From a virus (Duplodnaviria > Caudoviricetes): a DNA stretch of 39,060 bases. The notes under the pieces were generated by a model that did not search any database, was not told the DNA's origin, and saw only the letters and a program-made list of their open reading frames with translations. The position numbers and the translations under genes were made by a program. The stretch is taken from IMG/VR virus record IMGVR_UViG_3300032212_000064, positions 1 through 39,060 of that record, one strand, 5' to 3'. Each line of letters starts with the position of its first letter. The stretch's first letter is position 1. Below, in pieces: positions 33,846-39,060 of this stretch.

Positions 33846-33856
33846 GGGGTACCCGA

Positions 33857-34420
33857 ATGGCCATCGCACATATCGCTGTCGCGTATGACAGCACCGAGTC
33901 TGCCGCTACGGTGGCCGGCCGGATTGCCCGACCTGCTGCCGACGCTTCCCCCGCGATTCAGCGCTGCTCTGCCGAGCTCGCTGGCGTCGCGGGGGGCCTG
34001 CGCCGTGCGGCGGTGTCCGTGGTCGTCGAGACCGGGGACGAGACCAAGCCGAGTGCCACGATCACGGTCGGCGGCGCGAACCTCACGGCGGATGACACCA
34101 TCGCGATCGGGCCTGTCACCCTCACTTGGAAGGCTTCGCCGTCCGGTGAGGACCAGGTCGCGTTCGTCAACACGGCAGCCACGGACGCTACGGCGCTCGC
34201 GGCCGCCATCAACGCGCACTCGGACCTTTCTGGGATGGTCACCGCTGCGGCTGCTTCGGCGGTCGTGACGGTGACAGGTGCGCTGCCCGGCAACGTGTGC
34301 CGGTACACGGTCGTGAAGAGCGAGACGAACAGCGGCGCGATGGCGCTGTCTGCCGCTTCGCTCGGTGGCGTGACGTCGGCTGTGCAGTCGACGCCCCGCA
34401 CACACTCGATGGGAGTTTGA
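33857..34420 (+). CDS. Putative head decoration/structural protein (187 aa)
   Basis: GAGGGG SD; Ala/Thr/Val-rich; follows capsid gene. Confidence 0.6.
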   Translation: MAIAHIAVAYDSTESAATVAGRIARPAADASPAIQRCSAELAGVAGGLRRAAVSVVVETGDETKPSATITVGGANLTADDTIAIGPVTLTWKASPSGEDQVAFVNTAATDATALAAAINAHSDLSGMVTAAAASAVVTVTGALPGNVCRYTVVKSETNSGAMALSAASLGGVTSAVQSTPRTHSMGV

Positions 34421-34590
34421 TGATGGATGCCAAGGCGGTACAGAAAGCTCTTCGGGACATCGGAAGCCGCAGCGCTGTGAAGCGTGCAGCGCCGGTGCTC
34501 GACGACGACACCCTGCGCCGCCTTGGCCTTGCCATCGAGCAGGCCAGCGAGAAGACCGAAGACGAGGACGAGACCGAAGAGGGGGACTGA
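34420..34590 (+). CDS. Small protein with acidic tail (56 aa)
   Basis: MMDAKAVQKALRD...EDEDETEEGD; GGGAG SD. Confidence 0.55.
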   Translation: MMDAKAVQKALRDIGSRSAVKRAAPVLDDDTLRRLGLAIEQASEKTEDEDETEEGD

Positions 34591-34593
34591 CCG

Positions 34594-35562
34594 GTGGCTG
34601 TCACCGGGTACACCTCTGACGACCTGCTGACGCGGGTCAAGGCTCGGGCGCAGGTGCCCGACGCTGACGATCGGCTCACCGATGCCGACATGCTGGCGAT
34701 CGCAGACGACGCGATCCGCTCGACGGTGGCGCGCATCGTGTGGAACGCCGACGACGGCCGCATCGTGCGCACGCAGGCCGACGTGGCCCTCGTGGCCGAT
34801 CAGTCCGACTACCGCATCCCGGACCGCGCGGTGGCCTCGGCCATCTACGACGTGCTGCTCGTCGACAGCGCCGGCAATGAGCGCTCGAGCGCATACGTCG
34901 ACAGTGCGGACGCCTGGCGCTGGCGCAACGACGACACCGCGACCGGCGAGAGCGACCGGGCCTACGCGCACACCCTCGAGGGAGACGTGATTCGGCTCCT
35001 ACCAACGCCCAAGGCCGCAGGGCTGTCGCTGCGTGTGAAGTACCGCCGTCGGCCGTCGCGGCTTGTGGCTGTGAGCGCGTGCGTGCTGCTCGGGTCGTCG
35101 TCTTCGTCGACGGTGGTAGCGGACGACGCCGACTCGTTCCCTGCTGCGTGGACAAGCGAGGGCAGCGGCCTGGTGATCGACGTGGTGCGGTCTGGCCCAA
35201 GCGGCGACTCGCTCACCGACGACGTGCCTGGCTCGACGACTTCGGACACGTTCACGCGCTCGAGCGGGGCCTTCGACACGACCGGACCCTACGCGCCGAG
35301 CGGGGGCGACTACGCCTGCCTTGCCGGCGAGACATGCGTGCTCCCGGTGCCCGAGGAGGCCGTGCCTTTCCTGACGGTGCTGGTCGCCCTCGAGATTGCC
35401 ACAGCATTCGGTGACACCGCGGCGATGGGTGGCCTCGGGCAGCTCGTTGCAGGGCGTCGCAAGGAGCTCGTGGCGCTGGTCGACGACCGCAACCGCGAAG
35501 ACGAAGCAATCATCCCGCGGAGCTCGCACCTGCGTGGCCGCTCGCGGTGGTGGTGGGCCTGA
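34594..35562 (+). CDS. Head-tail adaptor (tail tubular A-like)
   Basis: TSDDLLTRVKARA, LVADQSDYRIP, IRLLPTP...LRVKYRRRP pattern; synteny. Confidence 0.65.
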   Translation: MAVTGYTSDDLLTRVKARAQVPDADDRLTDADMLAIADDAIRSTVARIVWNADDGRIVRTQADVALVADQSDYRIPDRAVASAIYDVLLVDSAGNERSSAYVDSADAWRWRNDDTATGESDRAYAHTLEGDVIRLLPTPKAAGLSLRVKYRRRPSRLVAVSACVLLGSSSSSTVVADDADSFPAAWTSEGSGLVIDVVRSGPSGDSLTDDVPGSTTSDTFTRSSGAFDTTGPYAPSGGDYACLAGETCVLPVPEEAVPFLTVLVALEIATAFGDTAAMGGLGQLVAGRRKELVALVDDRNREDEAIIPRSSHLRGRSRWWWA

Positions 35563-38500
35563 TGGCGATCAAGCAGATCCCGCAGGGCGTTGGCCTCTAC
35601 ACCGACGGAAGCGGCATTGACGCGCCGGCCGGCGCGATGCGCGTGGCCGACAACGTGCTGATGGACCGGCGCGGTCTTGTCGTGCCGCGCCCTGGCTTCG
35701 GCGACACGACGGGACTGTCTGTGCCTGCGTCGTCGCTGTCGCCCGTCTCGCAGGGCTGGCCGTACTCGGGCGAGGTGGTGCTCGTCGAGTACTCGTCGGG
35801 CCAGTTCTACCGGTCGAATGACGGCATCTTCGACACGCTCGCTTCGCCTACGGACATCGCGCTGTTCGACGCGGCCGAGATGCGCGGCAGTCTGTACGTC
35901 ACAGACAACGCGGGCGTGATGAAGCTCGAAAGCACGGCCGCCTCGGCGTTCGAGCGGGCCGGCTCGTTCACGGACTACCACACGCCGGTGATGTGGACTC
36001 GCGAGGCAGTGACCGGAGCGTCTGGCCGCTTCGCGCTCGATGAGACGTCGTCAGTGGCCTACCGGTACGTGTGGACGCGTCGAGACGCGAACGAATACGT
36101 CAGGCGCAGCGAGCCGAGCCCGCGGATCGTGGTGCGGAACAGCGGCGCGGCAGCGGCCTACGTGACGGTGTCTCGCCTGTACCTGCCGAGCCAGATTGCC
36201 GCCGGTGACACGCTCGAGTGGTACCGCACGACGAACAGCAACGACGACACGGCCGACCCCGGCGACGAGATGTTTTTCGCTGTCGCCCACGAGGTAACCG
36301 CCGCGGAAGTGACCGCCGGGTACGTCGACGTTGGCGCGTTCTGGGACCAGACCCTCGACGCCGAGCTCGGCGCGGCGCTGTACACCAACGCCAGCCAGGG
36401 CGGACTCGTCTCGCAGGCAAACGGCGTCCCGCCGATGGCTCGCTGCGTTGCTCCTTGGTCCGATGTGATGTGGTACGGCCACACCACGGAGCAGCCGGTG
36501 CTGACCATCGAGCCGCGCTCGGTGTTCGACACGGCCAACGCGGAGCACGACCTCGACGGCGTGCACTTTTCGACGGTGGTCGCTGACTTCAGCAGCGGCA
36601 ACGCAACGCTTCAGAACGTCGACCGGGTCAACGGGCTCAAGGTCGGCCAGTACATGATGGACGCCGGATATCCGGTGCTCAACAACGGCGTCGTGGTGCA
36701 GGAGTCGGACCGAACGAACATCCCGCAAGGCACGAAGATCGCGTCCATCACTACGCGGATCACCGTCTCGAACCACACGAACCTAGATTCATCCAACGAC
36801 GAGGTTGTGTTTTCCAACCTGTCGAACGCGAGCGGCGACGCCAAGATCTCATGGGACCCGTCCATTACCAGCGCGTTCAGCGCAGCGAAGGGCGCGTCTG
36901 CCACCGCTGCCGCGACGAACCTCGCCGCAGCACTGAACACGGCCGGCAAGGAGGTCTGGGGCGCTGGCAGCATCACAGCGACGGCCAACGGCTCCTACGT
37001 CGACGTGGTGAGCGACGACGGGCACGGGCTGCCGGTCAGCATCACGGAGACGACCGCCGGAAGCACCACGGTGCAGTACTTCATCGGGATGGACGCCAAC
37101 GCGAAGGCGACCAACTCCTCGGCGTCGTTTGATGTCTGCGACTACGTCACGATCCGCGGGATTGAGTTCTACTTCACGACGGCCGTAGCAGGAGCCATCG
37201 CGCACTACGAAGACACGGCGACGCTGGCTGCGGATCCGGTCTACCGGCAGATCCACATCGACACGACCCGAAGCGGCTCGACGACAAACGCTGACCAGGT
37301 CGCAGAACTCGTCGACGGCATCGCGACCGCGATCAACGTTCACTACATCCGCGAGTCGCCCGCAACGGTGCGCGCGTACGCAGACAACGCCACGCGGATC
37401 AAAAACCGCTGGAACAGCATCGACCAGGTCACGCTCGGGCCGAGTTCGCTGGCCATGCTCGGCGGCAGCACGAGCGTGACGGTTTCGTTCGACGCACCGA
37501 TTCGGCCGGCGTCGTTCAACATCTCCGGCGAGGCGGGCGAGACTTTCGGGCCGACCACCACGCCGGGCCGTCTGTTCTGGAGCAAGCCAGACGAGCCCGA
37601 GGCCGTGCCGGTGCTGAACTTCACCGACGTGGGCGACCGCAACCAGGCGATCCTCGCGCTGGTGCCGCTGCGCAATGCGCTGCTCGTGTTCAAGGAAGAC
37701 GGCATCTTTCGTGTGACCGGCAACGCACCGAGCGGCTGGGTCGTCGATGCGCTGGACCGCGGCAAGCGACTGGTGGCTCGGCAATGCGTCGACGTGCTCG
37801 GCGGGGTGGCGTTTGCCTGGACAAACCGCGGCATCGTGCCGGTGACGGAGGGTGGGGCGGGCGAGCCCATTTCTGCGCCGATCGCTGACGTGCTGCGAGC
37901 TGCGCAGCGGCTGAACGGGTTGCGCTTCTGGGTCAAGGCTCACGCGCGACGCGGCCTGGTGATCGTTGGCCTCGCTCAGTCCGGCGGCGGCTTTCCTGCG
38001 CCCGACGAGGAGTACGTGTGGTCGCGTGCCACCGGCGCGTGGCAGCGCTGGGACCGCGACGACGCGTGCATGGTGTACGACCCGAACGAGGATCGCATGC
38101 TCGCGTGCCCGCCTGCGTCTGACCTCGTTGGCGGGTACTACGAGCGTACCGCCGAGACCGATCCGGCGTCGTACTTCGACGCGTCGAGCGGCTCGATCTC
38201 GGCCACGGTGGCGACCGGGGTTGGCGCATCGTTCTCGACGGTGACGGTGGCCAAGGCGGACGTGCCATGGACTCCGACCGTGTGTGACGTCGTCAACGCG
38301 CAGGCCGACGGCGGCGCGACCTACTTTGGTGTCACCGCCGTTGCCGAGGACGGTACGGACTGGGACATCACGCTCGACGGCGTGGCGACGGCCGGCAACG
38401 TGACCCTCTCGCAGGGCTTCGCGTCCACCATGCAGTGGCAGGCGCAGCAGCTCGGCGGGCTGGGCCAGCGTTGGCAGGAGCTCCACCTCGGCCTCGAGCG

Positions 38501-38759
38501 CGTGGAGTCCGAATACCTCTCGACGATGACGGTCGCAGTCGGCGGCGCGGCGCACCGCGATGCTGCCGTGTCCACCGTCAACGCCACGATCACACCCACG
38601 GTGACCTACTCGCAGCCGCTGCGGGCTGGCGTACCTCGAGCGTGCGTTCGGACGCCGCACCTGTACCCATACGCGCAGATCTGCGGCGCTGGCTTCTACT
38701 GGGAGCTCGCGAGCGCCTACGCGCACCACACGACCACGAGCCGACGGGTGGCGCGATGA
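35562..38759 (+). CDS. Tail nozzle (tail tubular B/packaged-DNA stabilisation-like) with large insertions (1065 aa)
   Basis: APAGAMRVADNV...PRPG start; RLFWSKPDEPEA...ILALVPLRNALLVFKEDGIFRVTG...FAWTNRGI propeller motifs. Confidence 0.7.
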   Translation: MAIKQIPQGVGLYTDGSGIDAPAGAMRVADNVLMDRRGLVVPRPGFGDTTGLSVPASSLSPVSQGWPYSGEVVLVEYSSGQFYRSNDGIFDTLASPTDIALFDAAEMRGSLYVTDNAGVMKLESTAASAFERAGSFTDYHTPVMWTREAVTGASGRFALDETSSVAYRYVWTRRDANEYVRRSEPSPRIVVRNSGAAAAYVTVSRLYLPSQIAAGDTLEWYRTTNSNDDTADPGDEMFFAVAHEVTAAEVTAGYVDVGAFWDQTLDAELGAALYTNASQGGLVSQANGVPPMARCVAPWSDVMWYGHTTEQPVLTIEPRSVFDTANAEHDLDGVHFSTVVADFSSGNATLQNVDRVNGLKVGQYMMDAGYPVLNNGVVVQESDRTNIPQGTKIASITTRITVSNHTNLDSSNDEVVFSNLSNASGDAKISWDPSITSAFSAAKGASATAAATNLAAALNTAGKEVWGAGSITATANGSYVDVVSDDGHGLPVSITETTAGSTTVQYFIGMDANAKATNSSASFDVCDYVTIRGIEFYFTTAVAGAIAHYEDTATLAADPVYRQIHIDTTRSGSTTNADQVAELVDGIATAINVHYIRESPATVRAYADNATRIKNRWNSIDQVTLGPSSLAMLGGSTSVTVSFDAPIRPASFNISGEAGETFGPTTTPGRLFWSKPDEPEAVPVLNFTDVGDRNQAILALVPLRNALLVFKEDGIFRVTGNAPSGWVVDALDRGKRLVARQCVDVLGGVAFAWTNRGIVPVTEGGAGEPISAPIADVLRAAQRLNGLRFWVKAHARRGLVIVGLAQSGGGFPAPDEEYVWSRATGAWQRWDRDDACMVYDPNEDRMLACPPASDLVGGYYERTAETDPASYFDASSGSISATVATGVGASFSTVTVAKADVPWTPTVCDVVNAQADGGATYFGVTAVAEDGTDWDITLDGVATAGNVTLSQGFASTMQWQAQQLGGLGQRWQELHLGLERVESEYLSTMTVAVGGAAHRDAAVSTVNATITPTVTYSQPLRAGVPRACVRTPHLYPYAQICGAGFYWELASAYAHHTTTSRRVAR

Positions 38760-39060
38760 CCAAGATCGCCACGTACAACCCGTCGGACAGCTGGCTCGCA
38801 CGGTTTGTTCGTGATGTGCGCCGCGTCCTGACGGCTGCTGAGGGCGGCTTGTCCTGGGAAGACAACGTCGGCCCGGTGGTGACGTACACGGCGCTGGGCA
38901 ACGCCACCGACCAGGCTGTGCGGCTCGACGAGCGCCCGCGGTCCGTGTGGCTCGTGCGCGCTGTGCCGACGACTGGCACCGGGACCGTGACCGGCGGCGC
39001 GGTTTCGTGGTCGTGGAGCGGCGGCACGCTGACGGTCGCTTCCGTGTCCGACCTGGACGC
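38756..39060 (+). CDS. Hypothetical structural protein spanning the circular junction (119 aa, stop at 180-182)
   Basis: ATG 38756 overlaps nozzle stop; frame continues through the repeat to ...MTERAND-stop, overlapping ATG 175. Confidence 0.75.
   Translation, partial: MTKIATYNPSDSWLARFVRDVRRVLTAAEGGLSWEDNVGPVVTYTALGNATDQAVRLDERPRSVWLVRAVPTTGTGTVTGGAVSWSWSGGTLTVASVSDLD
38934..39060. repeat. Terminal direct repeat (right copy)
   Basis: Exact duplicate of 1-127. Confidence 0.95.

Noticed and set aside
33359-33856. T7 10B-like -1 frameshift fusing capsid to the downstream protein
   Set aside because: The -1 frame is open, but no canonical slippery heptamer is seen near the capsid end, long alternate frames are common at this GC content, and the downstream gene has its own SD
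25091-38801. Long antisense ORFs such as 25091-26737, 28931-30601, 32562-33869 and 36849-38801
   Set aside because: Shadow frames of GC-rich genes with no motifs, lying opposite well-supported genes

Overview
The window is an apparently complete, circularly permuted genome of a temperate, high-GC, podovirus-like tailed phage. Bases 1-127 are identical to 38934-39060, giving a 38,933-bp circle, and one ORF runs across the join. Rightward: cro, adenine MTase, replication initiator with an internal iteron origin, putative loader, RusA, terS, five small ORFs, terL, portal and scaffold. Then a sigma70-like promoter with a structured leader, followed by capsid, adaptor, nozzle, three putative ejection proteins, a LamG-like protein and an unusual lysis region ending in a GH25 endolysin. 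Leftward: cI-like repressor, lipoprotein, PL with operators, YqaJ exonuclease, Bet, SSB, a sigma-region-4 protein, xis, tyrosine integrase, a C5-MTase-like gene containing attP (3' half of tRNA-Gly CCC) and seven small ORFs. Three features stand out: (1) the lysis region carries a membrane-anchored stand-alone PAS protein, a signal-peptide-bearing 7-repeat FG-GAP protein and a holin-like/lipoprotein fusion, a candidate signal-gated lysis system; (2) attP lies inside the C5-MTase reading frame, so integration rewrites its C-terminus and detaches the downstream early genes; (3) the capsid leader has alternative pairings over the Shine-Dalgarno site. All calls come from reading motifs by eye, with no database searches. 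Many start codons were re-chosen using ATGA/GTGA overlaps. The host is not identified.
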